This document shows, one piece after another, positions 13,120 through 26,918 of a DNA stretch of 64,000 nt (its first letter is position 1; the number at the start of each line of letters is the position of its first letter). The translations under genes were made by a program, and so were the position numbers. The notes under the pieces are model-generated. The model was not told the DNA's origin. It saw only the letters and a list, made by a program, of their open reading frames with translations, and ran no database searches. The stretch lies in the NCBI RefSeq assembly GCF_006345805.1, contig NC_043009.1, positions 28,334,001-28,398,000 on the forward strand. Reading direction: 5' to 3'. This DNA comes from Octopus sinensis (taxonomy: Eukaryota).

Positions 13120-13691
13120 AATCTATCTATCTGTCTATCTATCTGTCTTTCTATAAATATGTAAAAAAAGCACCATTTGAGTGTGGCTAATGCCAGTACC
13201 GACTGGCACCCGTGCTGGTGGCACGTAAAAAGCACCATTTGAGTGTGGTTGATGCCAGTGTTGCCTCACTGGCTCCCATGCCAATACACTCATGGAGTTG
13301 TATGTATGTATGTGTATGTATGTATGTATGTATGTATGTGTATGTATGTATGTATGTGTGTGTATGCATGCATACAGACGTGTGTATATGTATAGTAATA
13401 AGAAATGTCAAAAATATAACTGATATTTTTTTAACCTTTATCTCAATTATATTTTCAACAGTAAATTGATGCATATTCTATTAATACTGAGGAAGCCTGT
13501 CGGTTGTTTGGTGGAAACACCCCAATTGGCTGAAGGAAACACGTGTATGTTTTATAAGTTTGAAACACAAATTATATTTTCTGTATTAATTCTAATGGAA
13601 ATGCAACCCAGAAAGGTTAAATAATTTAAAGAAAATATACATGTGTGCATGCATGTGTACATAAATGCATACAAGAAAACAAACATATATA

Positions 13692-13756
<65 letters not shown>

Positions 13757-13974
13757 GATGAACAGAAACATGCATGCATACATTTATAAACAGCTTAATT
13801 CTTCACTGAAAAACCTATCTGTGTTCATATTTAGATCAGTCTCGGTTCCTAAAATGTCGTCAATGATCCCAAGAATTATTCTCTTGACTTGATACCATTA
13901 ATATTATCCATGTTATCTATCAGAGTTTCAAATTAGACTGAACCTTCATCTGCCATCAATTTGAAATATTGATT

Positions 13975-14510
13975 TCAAATTTTGGTACAAGGCCAGCAAT
14001 TTTGGGGGATGTGGTAAGTCGATTACATCAACCCCAGTGTTTAACTGGTACTTTATTTTATTGACTCCGAAAATATATACAGCAAAGTTGACCACAGTAG
14101 AGTTTAGACTTAGAACATAAGGACGGATGAAATGCCAGCAAGCATTTAACTTGGTCTGCTAACAATTCCACCAGTTTGTGACCTTAAAATCAAGCTCAGC
14201 AGAATTAGAACCCAGAACAAAAAACAAATTAAATGTCACTAAGCATTTTTTACAGCCTGGTAAGAATTCTGCCAGCTTGTCACCTTGAACACTTCTAGAA
14301 TTGTCGTTAAAAGTTTTGGCGCAAGACCAGCAATTTTAAGGGACAGAGTAAGTCAATCAAATTGACCCCCAATGTTCAACTGTTTCTCATAATAATGGAT
14401 GAAAGGCAAAGTAGACCCTCAACTCAATCTGAACTCAGAATGTAAAGTCGGAAGAAATGCTGCAAAGAATTTTTTCCAGTGTGGTAATGATTCTGTGAGC
14501 TTGCTGCCTT
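13975..14510 (-). mobile_element. SINE family B cluster (2-3 degenerate copies)
   Basis: Family B motifs repeated (TTTGGTACAAGGCCAGCAATTTT...GAAAGGCAAAGT). Confidence 0.75.
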
Positions 14511-15720
14511 TACCGTTTCTATAATATGAAGAACTTTCAGTATTCAATCTAGTAATCCCTGGATATTTCAATAAAAAAATATGATGATGATGATGATGAT
14601 GTGTTGGAAGAAAATGCTCCGGGTATAAGTAATTGAAATGGTTTTCTAATACTTAACAAACAAGAATTGCTTAGTTTTCATTAAAAACTAAATATTTAAC
14701 AGGGCGTAAAACTGATAATATTCTAATGTTCACTAGATTTTCTTTTATTTTGAAAACTGAAGGCATTTTACCAAAGTTAGCAAAACAAGCATTTCCCGAA
14801 AAATCTTCCAAATTTTAAAAGCTGCTTATTTTTGCTTTCACTTGATGATTACATAGTTTTATATATTCATTTATTTATTTACTTATTCATTTATTTATAT
14901 TATAGAATTATATTTGAAGAACAAATAGCTAAGAAAAAGATAAAAAAAATGAACAATTTTCAATTTTTTTTAAATGAGACATTTAACATATAAAAAAAAA
15001 TAACAAAAACAATAGCAAAAAATAGATAGTTTTGGCGACATACTGTTAAATTTAAAATATTTAGTGAGCCAGAAGCAAATTGGATATGATGATAATGCGG
15101 TAAAATTTGCTCCATAATTGATTCCGCGACAAGAGTCTCGTAACTCATATTATGTTCGGAAAATAACAACTAGAACAGCAAAGTAGATAATGATAAATAA
15201 ATTTATGGAAATGACTGCAATATAGAAAATAAAATAGCAGAAATAGAGGGGAAAAAAATGATGAAAATTACCTTTCTCATATTCTTTCCAAATTAAAATA
15301 ATGTTGCTTAATAAAACATGAATAAAATAGGATATGATCTACAGGATTCTTTCCTTCCATATAAAACTTTCCAGTAAGAAATATGTCTCATCAGCGTTTT
15401 GTTTCATTTTAACGTCTATATTTCCATGCCTGCATGGTTTAGAAGTGATTTATTGAAACAGATTTTTCTATGGCTTGATGCCCTCCCTATCACCAGACAT
15501 CATGATTTTCGAAGCAAAGTAATATTTTCCTTGAGTCTGGTTATCTTTTGATGGAATTATTCCAAGCCAAAACAATGCCACTTGTTCTATGGTGATTGTA
15601 TTTCTTTACAATTAGTATGTAATGTCAAAATGATAAGATAGAAACACAAAAACACCTGTGCACACTCACATATACATGTTCATGCACACACACACATGCA
15701 CACACATGTACATACATGCA

Positions 15721-15754
<34 letters not shown>

Positions 15755-15844
15755 CATACGTACATATATGCATGCTAGTATACATATATTCTTAGCTATC
15801 TATCTATTTATCTATCTATCTATCTAGCTAGCTATCTACTTAGA

Positions 15845-16160
15845 GTATTTGGGTCACTATCATAAGATCATGAGTTCAATTCCTGGCGATGCATAGTGTC
15901 CTTGAGCAAGTTACTTTATTCCACATTGCTCCAGTCCACTCAGCTGACAAAAATGAGAAGTACCTGTATTTCAAAGTGCCACACTTGCCACACTTTCCAC
16001 ACTTGTCCCACTCTGTATCACACTGAATCTCCCTGAGAATTACATTAAGAGTACGTGTGTCTGTGGAGTACTCAGCCACTTGCACGTTAATTTTATGAAC
16101 AAGCTGTTCCATTGATCGTATCAGCTGGGACCCTTATTGTTGTAACTGACAGAGTGCTCC
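15845..16160 (+). mobile_element. tRNA/CORE-like SINE family D
   Basis: GAGTTCAATTCCTGG B box, TGTCCTTGAGCAAG...TGCTCCAGTCCACTCAGCTG core-like block, and a 3' part shared with 61568-61660(-). Confidence 0.75.
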
Positions 16161-16597
16161 GATATATATATGTATATATATATATATATAACTAAGTTAG
16201 GTGTTAAATAACCACCTAAGGAATATTAAATATCCAAAGAACTTACCTGATATTTACCTGTACAAATAACATTGCTATGGACTACTGCTCATAAAAGATA
16301 AAGTTATTAAATTTCATCATTTTGTTTCCATTTCTAATTTATATATATATATATATACACACATGTATGTATATACAAACATTACTATATATATATATGT
16401 ACACACACATATATATATGCATACATATATGTATACATAGATATATTAGATATATATGGTTGTATGTGTATATATCATTTCCATATATATTTATGTATAT
16501 TTATATATATGTATATATATTGTATATATAACAATGATATACTAAAATTACAGTATTTTATGATAATCACACTCACACACGCACGTGTGTGTGTGTC

Positions 16598-17285
16598 AGC
16601 ATCATCGTTTAATGTCCATCTTCCATGTATGCATGGGTAGGATGGTTGTCAGAAGCCAGCCAGGTAGAAAAACTACCCTAGGCTACTGCGTCTGTTTTGG
16701 CAGGAATTTTACGGTCACCAATGACTCCACAGAGTGGAATCAGCGCTTTATATGGGGCACTAGCACAGCTGAAGCTAGTTTTGGCATGATTTTTGTATAT
16801 ATGTATAAAATGTACCTTTGAATCGTAGGGGGACATGCTGTGCTTGAGGAGACTTATTGAGCCAAGTAAAATCAAAAGCCAAAATCAAAATCCCAATCAG
16901 AATCTCAATCAAATCGAAACCAAAAATGGAACTTGTAGTTGTGGCTGATGCCAGTGTCGCCTGATTGACTCCCAATGCCAGTGGCACGTGAAAAGCATCA
17001 TCTGAATGTGGATGATACCAACCCCCACCCCTGTCCCAACTGGCTCCTGTGTCCGTAACACATAAAAAGCAACATCTGAATGTGGCCAATGCCAGTGTCG
17101 CCAGACTGGCTCCTTTGCTGGTGGCACATAAAAAGCAACCACTGCACTCTCGGAGTGGTTGGTATTAGGAAGGGCATCCAGAACAGATTGGAGCCTGGTG
17201 CAGCCTCCTGCTCGCCAGTTCCCAGTCAAACTGTCCAACTCATGCCAGCATAGAAAACGGATGTTAAACAATGATGATGATGATG
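16598..17285. mobile_element. Two family C copies in opposite orientation (about 16598-16790 minus; about 16830-17285 plus)
   Basis: CATCATCGTTTAATGTCC at the left end and GTTAAACAATGATGATG at the right end; diagnostic GAAGGGCATCCAG. Confidence 0.7.
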
Positions 17286-18551
17286 ATAAATAGATGTTTA
17301 TGTGTGCATATATATATATATATATATACACACATGTATATATACATATATGTACACATATATATAGATATACATGCATATACACATACACATTTATATA
17401 CATCCATTTATACACACACACACATATATGTGTACACACATAAATATATACACACACAAATATGTGTACACATGCACAGAAATATAGACATACCCATACA
17501 GAGACATATACACACTTATACCCAGTGACAAACACACAAACAAACAATATATCTATAAATTTATTTATAATTTAGCATGTCAGATAAGAAAATCTTCTGA
17601 CTAATGACAAATTAAAATTTCAGACACTAAATTAAATTATCTAGGAATGATATAAATTTAAACATTTATTATTCATATTGATATTTAATAAGATTTAAAG
17701 AGGTAGAAAATATCGTTTGGGGGAAAATAACAAAATAAAAAAACAATTATGTTTGATTTGAACCCTTGTCTATTGGGATTACATCTTTTAATTTATATGA
17801 AAGACAGGTGAATGATATTATATTTGCATCATTTTGTGATAGGGCAGGAGGGACCACCACTTAGGTACTTCCCCTCCCTGACACCTTGAAGTGAGAATTG
17901 TCTTAATATTAAGTTACAAATGAATATAAACAGGGAAAAACAAAAAGTAAAAGAACTAAAACAATATATAAACAATAAAGTTGGAAATATATTAGGGTCT
18001 GTTTGTATGCATATATATATACTTACACGTACACATATATATGTATGTATACAAACACACACACACACACATATATATGTATATGTATATACACACACAT
18101 ATATGCCCATATATATATTACATATATGCATATACACATGCATACATACATATACATGAACTTATATATATATATATTTATGCACATACACACACACATA
18201 TATATGTATGTATACACAAACTCACATATATGTCCATATAGACATATATATAGATATACTTACACACAAACATATATATGTATGTATACCTACACACACA
18301 TATGTGCATATATATATTACATTTATTTTATACATACATTCATGCATACATATACATGAACATGTAGACACATATATATATATACACATATATGTATGTA
18401 TGCACACACACATGTATATGTGCATATATATATTACAAATATTTTATGCATACATACACGCATACATACATATACATGAACATATGACATTTCTATATAT
18501 ATATATATCTATATATATTATATATATATACACGCACACATATACATACAT

Positions 18552-18598
<47 letters not shown>

Positions 18599-18646
18599 AT
18601 ATTTGTATGCATGCATGCATGAGCATATATTTGTGTATATATAAGA

Positions 18647-18689
<43 letters not shown>

Positions 18690-19187
18690 CATATATATAT
18701 TTATAACCATGTATGTTATGTATTTGTATGTATGCATGCATGCATATGTATATATGTGTGTATGTATATGTGTGCATAAGTAAGTACATATATTAATATA
18801 TATGTATATGTATGTATGTATGTATGTATGTAAATGTATGAATGTAAATGTATTAGATAAAATGCAGTCACTTAAGTGAAGCTGATAAACTAAAGAGAGC
18901 AGGCAGAAGAAACTTAAGCTGCCAAATTCTTCAGAAAGATGTCTCAGATGTAATTATCTTATCTGGCTTCATGTCTTGGGAGCTGTAAAAAGGGACACAC
19001 TTGAGTAATTTTTGATGCTTTTATGCCACAGCTTTATATACCCTGTTTTTTTTTTTTTTACATCTATATTTTTTTTTATCTTGGTGATGGTGGTGTTATT
19101 GGTGGTGTTGGTGGTGGGTGATGGTAGGAGGATTTTTATAATCTCAATAGCTGCTAACATTTGCTACTTGGATCTCTCTCTCTCTCT

Positions 19188-19239
<52 letters not shown>

Positions 19240-19709
19240 GATATATCTATATATATATAGAGAGAGAGAGAAGGAGAGAGAGAGATGTATGCATGTGTGG
19301 ATATAATTCTTTTAACTTCTACTTTTCTACACTTGCATGGGTCAGATGGATTACATGCTTATGTGCTTAAACGAACGTGCTTTATCTAATACATTTACAT
19401 GTATTTACGTTTGTTGCTTTTAATAACATTAGTTAAAAGTGTTAATTAACAGCATTACTTAAAAGTATTATTTGGGATTATTGCTTAAACAGCAACAGAA
19501 TTTCCTGACTTCAAATTTATGGAGTTTATGATGTTTATAACATCATTGCCACAAGAACCAGAAATGAAATAAAAAATATGAGCCCAAAACAACTGTTTTC
19601 ACAAAGCTTAAGGTGGTGAGCTTACAGAATCTTTAGCACACTGGGTGAAATGCTTAGTAGTATTTCATCTGCTGCTAAGTTCTGAGTTCAAATTCCATTG
19701 AGGTATGTA

Positions 19710-20999
19710 CGAGGGGCGTTCAATAAGTAATGCCTCTGACCCACTTGCCGTTGATTGATCTAGCTGAGATTTTGCATGTGTAATCATTTATATCTCTATA
19801 GATTAAGTGGCAAATTACAGCTCCGAACTAATAGTGGTTTCTGATTTACATGTGTTTGAAATGAGTCAAGTGGGAAATGGAGCCTGTTGAGTGTCGAGCA
19901 GTGATCCGGTTTTTGTATTTGAAATGACGCACACCACAGGAGACTTTTGATGAAATGATAATAACTTATGGTGATGATGCCCCATCATATGACCTTGTAG
20001 AACGCTGGCATCGTGAATTCAAACATGGTCGGAACTCTGTGGAAACAGCTCCCAGATCTGGTCGCACCCCTTCTACCATTGATGAGGCATCTGTCCGTCA
20101 AGTTGAGGCTGCCATTTTGGAAGATGGACGCATAACTATTCGCCAAATAGCCCATGAGGTCAAGATTAGTACTGGGTCTGTGGAAACTATCATTCATGAC
20201 CATTTGCATATGCAAAAGATGTCTGCCAGAGGGATTCACAGGTTGCGCACACTTTTCCTGAAGCAAGAACACGTCGAGTGCTCGAGGATGAATTTAGGGA
20301 TGTGCCAAGAAGATGAGTCAAAATTTTTCAAAAGACTGATTACACAGGATGAGACCTGGGTCCTTCACCATGATCCAGAGACCAAAGCCCAGTCAATGCA
20401 GTGGAAGCACCATGACTCACCTCCAAAGAAGGCAAGGGTGCAGCCCTCCGCTGGCAAGGTCATGCTCACAGTCTTCTGGGACCAGGACGGAGTAGTGATG
20501 ACAGATTTCCTGGCAAAGGGTACCACAATTACAGGAGCCTATCATGCTTCACTTTTGAGGAAATTAAGAGAAGCTATCAAAACCAAGAGGTGGGGCAAGA
20601 TCATCAAAGGCATCCTCCTCCTGCAGGACAACGCTCCAGTCCACAACTCGCGTGTGTCACCAGATCAGAAGCACAGCAGGCATGCGGCTGAACACTTCCC
20701 CCATCCCCCTACTCTCCTCTCTGATTTTGCACCCTCTAATTTTCACCTCTTCCCCATGAAGTTGTTTTTGAAAGGAATGTTCCCAGATGATGCAGCCTTG
20801 ATTTCTGAAGTCACGTCGTGGTTGGCGGACCAAGCTGGGGTCTTCTATGAAAACGGTCTCCAGACTTGTATCAAACGATGGGAGAAATGCGTAACTCTGG
20901 TTTGTTTCTATGCTGAAAAAGACTAATACCTGTGCCAAGTTTCGTTGCTCTACTGCTATGGGAAGTGGGTCAGGGGCATTACTTATTGAACGCCCCTCG
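19710..20999 (+). mobile_element. mariner DNA transposon, copy 2, 1290 bp
   Basis: Same 37-bp TIRs as copy 1, flanked by TA (19708-19709 and 21000-21001). Confidence 0.95.
19877..20926 (+). pseudogene. mariner transposase, nearly full length but inactivated
   Basis: ATG at 19877 and premature TGA at codon 17 (19925-19927). Catalytic ITQDETW and LLQDNAPVH are present; the third Asp reads APSNF (D->N) and the segment before the YSPDLAPSD-like motif is scrambled. Confidence 0.92.
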
Positions 21000-21121
21000 T
21001 ATACACACACACATATATGTCCATGTATATATGTTACTTATATTATATACATACATACATGCATACATATACATGAACATATAGATATATATATATACTT
21101 ACACACACACACATATATGCC

Positions 21122-21546
21122 TAGGAGTGGCTGTGTGGTAAGTAGCTTGCTTACGAACCACATGTTTTCAGGTTCAGTCTCACTCTGTGGTACCTTGGGT
21201 AAGAGTCGTCTACTATAGCCTTGGGCCGACCAAAGCCTTGTGAGTGGATTTGGTAGATGGAAATTGAAAGAAGCCCGTCGTATATATATGTATATATATA
21301 TATATATATATATGTATATGTCTGTATATGTTTGTGTGTTTGTGTTTGTCCCCCCTAACACCGCTTGACAACCGATGCTGGTGTGTTTATGTCCCTGTAA
21401 CTTAGCAGTTCAGCAAAAGAGACCGATAGAATAAGTACTAGGCTTACAAAGAATAAGTCCTGGGGTCAGTTTGCTCAACTAAAGGCGGTACTCCTGCATG
21501 GCCACAGACTGATGACTGAAACAAGTAAAAGAATAAAAAAGAGTAT
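21122..21546 (+). mobile_element. SINE family A, full length
   Basis: GGAGTGGCTGTGTGGTAAG head through the AAAAGAG tail. Confidence 0.9.
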
Positions 21547-21774
21547 AGAGTAGGTCGACTTTGCCTTTGATCATTTTGGGGGCTGATGAAATAAGTACCA
21601 GTTGCACACTGGGGTCCATGTAATCAACTGTCCCTCTTACCCCAAAACTTTCGAGGTCTTGTGCCTAGAGTAGAAATAATAGTTGTTCACAAAACTTTTT
21701 AACCGAGAGAACATAACAACAAGTGTTTTCTTCAAACTCTCATTTCATATTTAAAAATCATATCCTGACAGAAG

Positions 21775-21982
21775 ATATTGGCTTCAAATTTTAGCACAAG
21801 GCCAGCAATTTCGGGAGAGAGGATAAGTTGATTACATCGACCCCAGAGAACATCCGGTAGATTTTTTATTTACCCTGAATGGATGAAGAGCAAATTCTGT
21901 CTTGGCAGGATTTGAACTCAGGATGTAAAGATGGATGAAATGCTGCTAAGCATTTTGCCTGGCTTGCTAATGATTCTGCCAG
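21775..21982 (-). mobile_element. SINE family B
   Basis: Reverse complement of the family B consensus. Confidence 0.75.
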
Positions 21983-22292
21983 ACAGGAGATATTCAAAAG
22001 AAAACAAGACCTAGTTTACCCCCTGCTCAGCAGAAATGTGCAACTGTGAGTACTGGATATCAGAGCCTTTCAGTTATAATGTATTTATGTGTGTGTATGA
22101 GTAAGTGTGTGTGTATGCAAATTCTGAATGAATTAGGAAATAGTCACAATTGAAATCATGTAAATAGTATTATGAGCCTTCAAATTCCCTTGGAGTTGAC
22201 TTACATATACATACTTACATATATATACTTATATACATACATACATATTTATATACATACATACTTATATACATGCATACATTTATACATAC

Positions 22293-22678
22293 ACTAGCAG
22301 TATCGCCCGGCGTTGCTCAGGTTTGTAAGGGAAATAACTATAAAGCATTTTTAGAGAGTTATAGCCAAAAAATAGCAAAAAAATGGAAAAAAAATGATGG
22401 TAAATTTTTTTTGAGAGTTAAAAAAGGTGGAGTTGCGTCCCCTAGACGGTCTGTGGTTTGGGTTTCTGATTGTCGACCCCATGTCGAATTTATCGATTTT
22501 TTTCAGAACTGGGGGAACTTTTCAAAATTTTCGCTGCGTTAGTTTTGAATTATGACATTGGGCTATGTGTGTGTCAAGTTTCATCAGAATCGGTTGAAAG
22601 CCGTGGTCAGAGTGAGGGTACGAGAAAACAGACACACAGAAAACGCACAGACAAACTGCCGTTTATATAGAGAGAGAT
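22293..22678 (+). mobile_element. Non-autonomous Helitron/Helentron-like element
   Basis: Starts ACTAGCAGTATCGCCCGGCGTTGCTC, contains CAAGTTTCATCAGAATCGG, and ends ACAGACAAAC...TTTATATAGAGAGAGAT, an architecture like Lep1/DINE-type elements. CpG-rich relative to the flanks. Confidence 0.65.
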
Positions 22679-22978
22679 AATTACATACATACTTATATAC
22701 ATGCGTACATGCTTATATACAGAAACATATAGTCATAGGAAAGTACTACCTTGCCTGTAAGCAAAAGAGGAATAGTGGCTGTGAGGGCATCTGGCTATAG
22801 AAAATCACCCCTTCCCCTGCAACAAAACCTCATCTGATGAATGTGAGCATGAAGAGGTAGGTCTCAAACTCATGTTACTGACACTGATGATGATGATGAT
22901 GATGTTAATGATGATGTCACCATGACGACGACAATGACGACTTATAAGCTCACACACATAGCCATATACGTCTGCAAA

Positions 22979-23020
<42 letters not shown>

Positions 23021-23405
23021 CATGTGAATGTAATTTGAGTTTTGTATCAAAGAAAATCTCTTATCACAAATAAAAGTTTAGAAAAAAGAAACATAGCAAG
23101 AAATGTTTTTTTGTTTGTTATTTTTTTCCATCTGTAATGTTGTTAGTCAATTCTAACATAGATAATTCTTTATTTTGAAGAGAAATTACAATCTTTCAAG
23201 ATTTCTATTCTTGTGTCGCAGTCGCTTATTAAATGGTGTGTGACATTAAAAAGAAAATTCAGAGATGAATAAGTTAAAAGCAATCTTAATTTTGAAACAC
23301 TTATCACCTTTTATCTTCTTGTCTACTCGTCCCTTACTGACCCCCACATATCTAAAGAGGGGAGCAGGCTAGCAGAAAAAGTGTAATAGAATTCAATGCA
23401 ATAAA

Positions 23406-23461
<56 letters not shown>

Positions 23462-23517
23462 GTACGTATATAAGTATGTATGCATATATATATATATATG
23501 TGTGGTGTGTGTGTGCT

Positions 23518-23751
23518 CCCTTTTACTCTTTTACATGTTTCAGTCATTTGACTGTGGCCATGCTAGAGCACCACCTTTAGTCGGAAAATCGATCCCAGGA
23601 CTTATTCTTTGTAGGCTTAGTATTTATTCTACTGTCTCTTTTGCCGAACCGCTAAGTTACGGGGGATGAAAATACACAAGCATCAGTTGTCAAGCAATGT
23701 TGTGGGGGAGACAAACACAGGTACACAACATATACACACACATACATATAT

Positions 23752-23800
<49 letters not shown>

Positions 23801-23920
23801 TACATATATACGATGGGCTTCTTTCAGTTTCCATTGGCTTTGATTGGCCCATGGCTATAGAAGAAATTGCCCAAGGTGCCACGCAGTGGGAATGAACCCG
23901 GTACCATGTGGTTGGTAAGC

Positions 23921-23959
<39 letters not shown>

Positions 23960-24300
23960 CATACATACATACATATATACACATATATATATATATGGTA
24001 AAGGAAAGATGAAAGATAGGCACAGACATTTGTGTGGTGAGAAGCTTGCTTCCCAACCACATGGTTCCAGGTTCAGTCTCACTGCATTGCAACTTGGGCA
24101 AGTGTCTTATAATATAGCCTCGGGCTGACCAAAGCCTTGTGACTGGATTTGGTAGACAGAAGCTGAAAGAAGCCCATCATATATAATATATATATGTATG
24201 TATGTATATGTTTTTTGTTTCTGTGTTTGTCACTCCCCCCATTGCTTAACAACCAATGTTCATGTGTTTATATCCCTGTAACTTAGCGGTTCGGCAAAAT
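23518..24300. mobile_element. Head-to-head pair of SINE family A copies (about 23518-23920 minus; 24030-24300 plus)
   Basis: Family A sequence in both orientations about 110 bp apart. Confidence 0.8.
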
Positions 24301-25059
24301 GCCCTTCCTAACACCAACACATTATAGAGCGTACAAGGTGCTTTTACTCAGTATCAGTACAAGTGTTTCTTACGTGGCACCACCATCTATGAGCCCATGA
24401 GATTAGGGATGCTCAGTTGGAGAGGGTTGCATGGGACAGGCCTGTATGCAAAGGCAATCATGTTTTTGCTTAGCTTGATGTGTCTTTTCAAGCACAGCAA
24501 GCCACTAGTAATTACCTCACTTACTAACTGTGAACTATAAAATAACATTTTTCATTTTATCGAACTTCACTATGGGAAAAATTTACAACCTTCTGTGCCA
24601 ATAAACCACTAGTGTTCCTGGAAGTTGCTTTTTATATATTCTACAGACTACTTGAAGCTTACTAACTTCCTACACCTTGATCCTTGGATCTTGTCTTTAC
24701 ATATCATTATATATATATATCTTTCTTTCTCCTCCTTATGCTACAAGAGAAAACACTAATTTTTGCCTGTCTCCTGTCAAAGATTGTTTTTCCAGCGTTC
24801 CCCACTTCACCTCATTATGGCTTAACAGCCCTTACCGTTTGTTTTTACTGTCCTGTTTTTGTTACCACTTTAACCCTTTATGTTGCCTATCTCATTTCAC
24901 TATTTGCTTCTTTCGTTGTTCGGAAAAAAGTTCGTTTTCCATGTTTTGTTTTTTTTATGTTGTTCATGTGTTTTTGACGTCGTACATATATATGTAGGTA
25001 TGTACATGTATGTATGTACATATGCATATATAAATATATATTATCTATATCATCTGGCA

Positions 25060-25243
25060 TTCACCATGATAGGTCACTAGCCACTACACACTCATTATTT
25101 TCTCTCCTTGTTTTTTTCTGTGGAAGAGCATAGTAGGCTCGAAACATTTAAGACTTCTTCACTTCCCGAGCATTAAACTAATACATCTGTTTACTGTCCA
25201 CACCACCTGTCTTCGTTTTTTGTTTTTTGTGAATTCTCCCTAT
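25060..25243 (+). mobile_element. Hammerhead-bearing short repeat family H1
   Basis: CTGTGGA-A-GAGC(ATAGTAG)GCTC-GAAAC, then a tail ...AAACTAATACATCTG...CACCACCTGTCTTCG...GAATTCTCCC(TA)n shared with 34620-34865, 55690-55757(-) and 63043-63240(-). Confidence 0.7.
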
Positions 25244-25249
25244 ATATAT

Positions 25250-25298
<49 letters not shown>

Positions 25299-25723
25299 TA
25301 TACATATATATATATATATAAACCAGCTTAGAGAAGAAAAAGAAACGAAACGAAACCAAACGAATCGAATCGAATCGACGCGAAGGCGCTCAGTCATACA
25401 ATTGTGTAATAAATAAAATATATGCATACATACAAACATATATGTACGTACCTACATCTACATGTATATATACATGCATATATAAATATATATACGTGTG
25501 TACAGGACACCACAAATAGAAACGAAAACGTAAAAAACAGCATGGAACGGACCATTTTTTATTTTTAACAACGAAAAAACAGAGTACAAGACAACTACAC
25601 AAGGAAAAATTCCCTTCATCAGCTGTCCCTAGTTCAACTCCAGCGTGTTTCGAAGGTGAGGACAGAACACGTCACGTCGAACTAGTCCTTCCTATACATA
25701 CATGTATATGTGTACATATATAT

Positions 25724-26137
25724 ATACTCTTACTCTTTTACTTGTTTCAGTCATTTGACTGTGGCCATGCTGGAGCACCACCTTTAGTCGAGCAAATCGA
25801 CCCCGAGACCTATTCTTTGTAAGCCCAGTACTTATTCTATTGGTCTCTTTTGCCAAACCGCAAAGTGACGGGGATGTAAACACACCAGCATCGGTTGTAA
25901 AGCAATGCTAGGGGGACAAACACAGACACACAAACATATACACACACACTTACATATATATATATACATATATACGATGGGCTTCTTTCAGTTTCCATCT
26001 ACCAAATCCACTCACAAGGCATTGGTCGGCCCGGGGCTATAGCAGAAGACACTTGCCCAAGATGCCACGCAGTGGGACTGAACCCGGAACCATGTGGTTG
26101 GTTAGCAAGCTACTTATCACACAGCCACTCTCCTGCG

Positions 26138-26140
<3 letters not shown>
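25724..26140 (-). mobile_element. SINE family A, full length
   Basis: Very similar to 661-1080. Confidence 0.9.
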
Positions 26141-26214
<74 letters not shown>

Positions 26215-26811
26215 GAGAAGAGAGAGAGATATAGATAGATAAATAGATAGATAGATAGATAGATGCATAAATATGAGGCTGAAGATATATATATATATAT
26301 CAAAAGAGAGACAGCAAGATTCATAAAGAGGCATGAAAGAAAGAGAGGAAGAGTTTTGCATAGCTTAATAATGAGTTTTCTAAGAAACACTCATTTTCGA
26401 ATTTGATAGTGTCAAACAGTTTAGACCTCAACAGCAATGCTGTATCTTACGTTTCAAGTGGCTTTCATTTATAATCAAGTGTATATTCAAAAGTAAGTAG
26501 TGTTATAAGAACTATTAAAAAAAAAGCTAAAGGGAAACAAATATTTACATCTATTTAATGAATAGCTGCAAGGCTTTTGACATCAAAGTCGTTTTGTGGT
26601 GGACATTGGAGAATGTGTAAAGAATATGGTACCCTGCAGTTCCAGACAGTGCTTAGAATATATGGAATTAGAAAAAAATGCTGAAAAAAAGATAATAAGA
26701 AAAATGTATTTACTATGTATAGCTGTGTGGTTAAGAAATTCACCGTTTTGCAACCATGTGGTTATCAGTTCCGTCCCACTCTGCAGCATACTTGAATATC
26801 GATCTTATTCA

Positions 26812-26918
<107 letters not shown>

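Larger units (their letters stand above)
19612..21680 (+). mobile_element. SINE family B split by a nested insertion (halves at about 19612-19704 and 21551-21680)
   Basis: The left half ends ...GTTCAAATTCCATTGAGGT and the right half resumes AGGTCGACTTTGCCTTT. Confidence 0.8.

Noticed and set aside
25600-25695. CTGATGAAGGG on the minus strand with nearby hairpins as a hammerhead
   Set aside because: No GAAA follows stem II, and the permuted (type II) reading has poor pairing.
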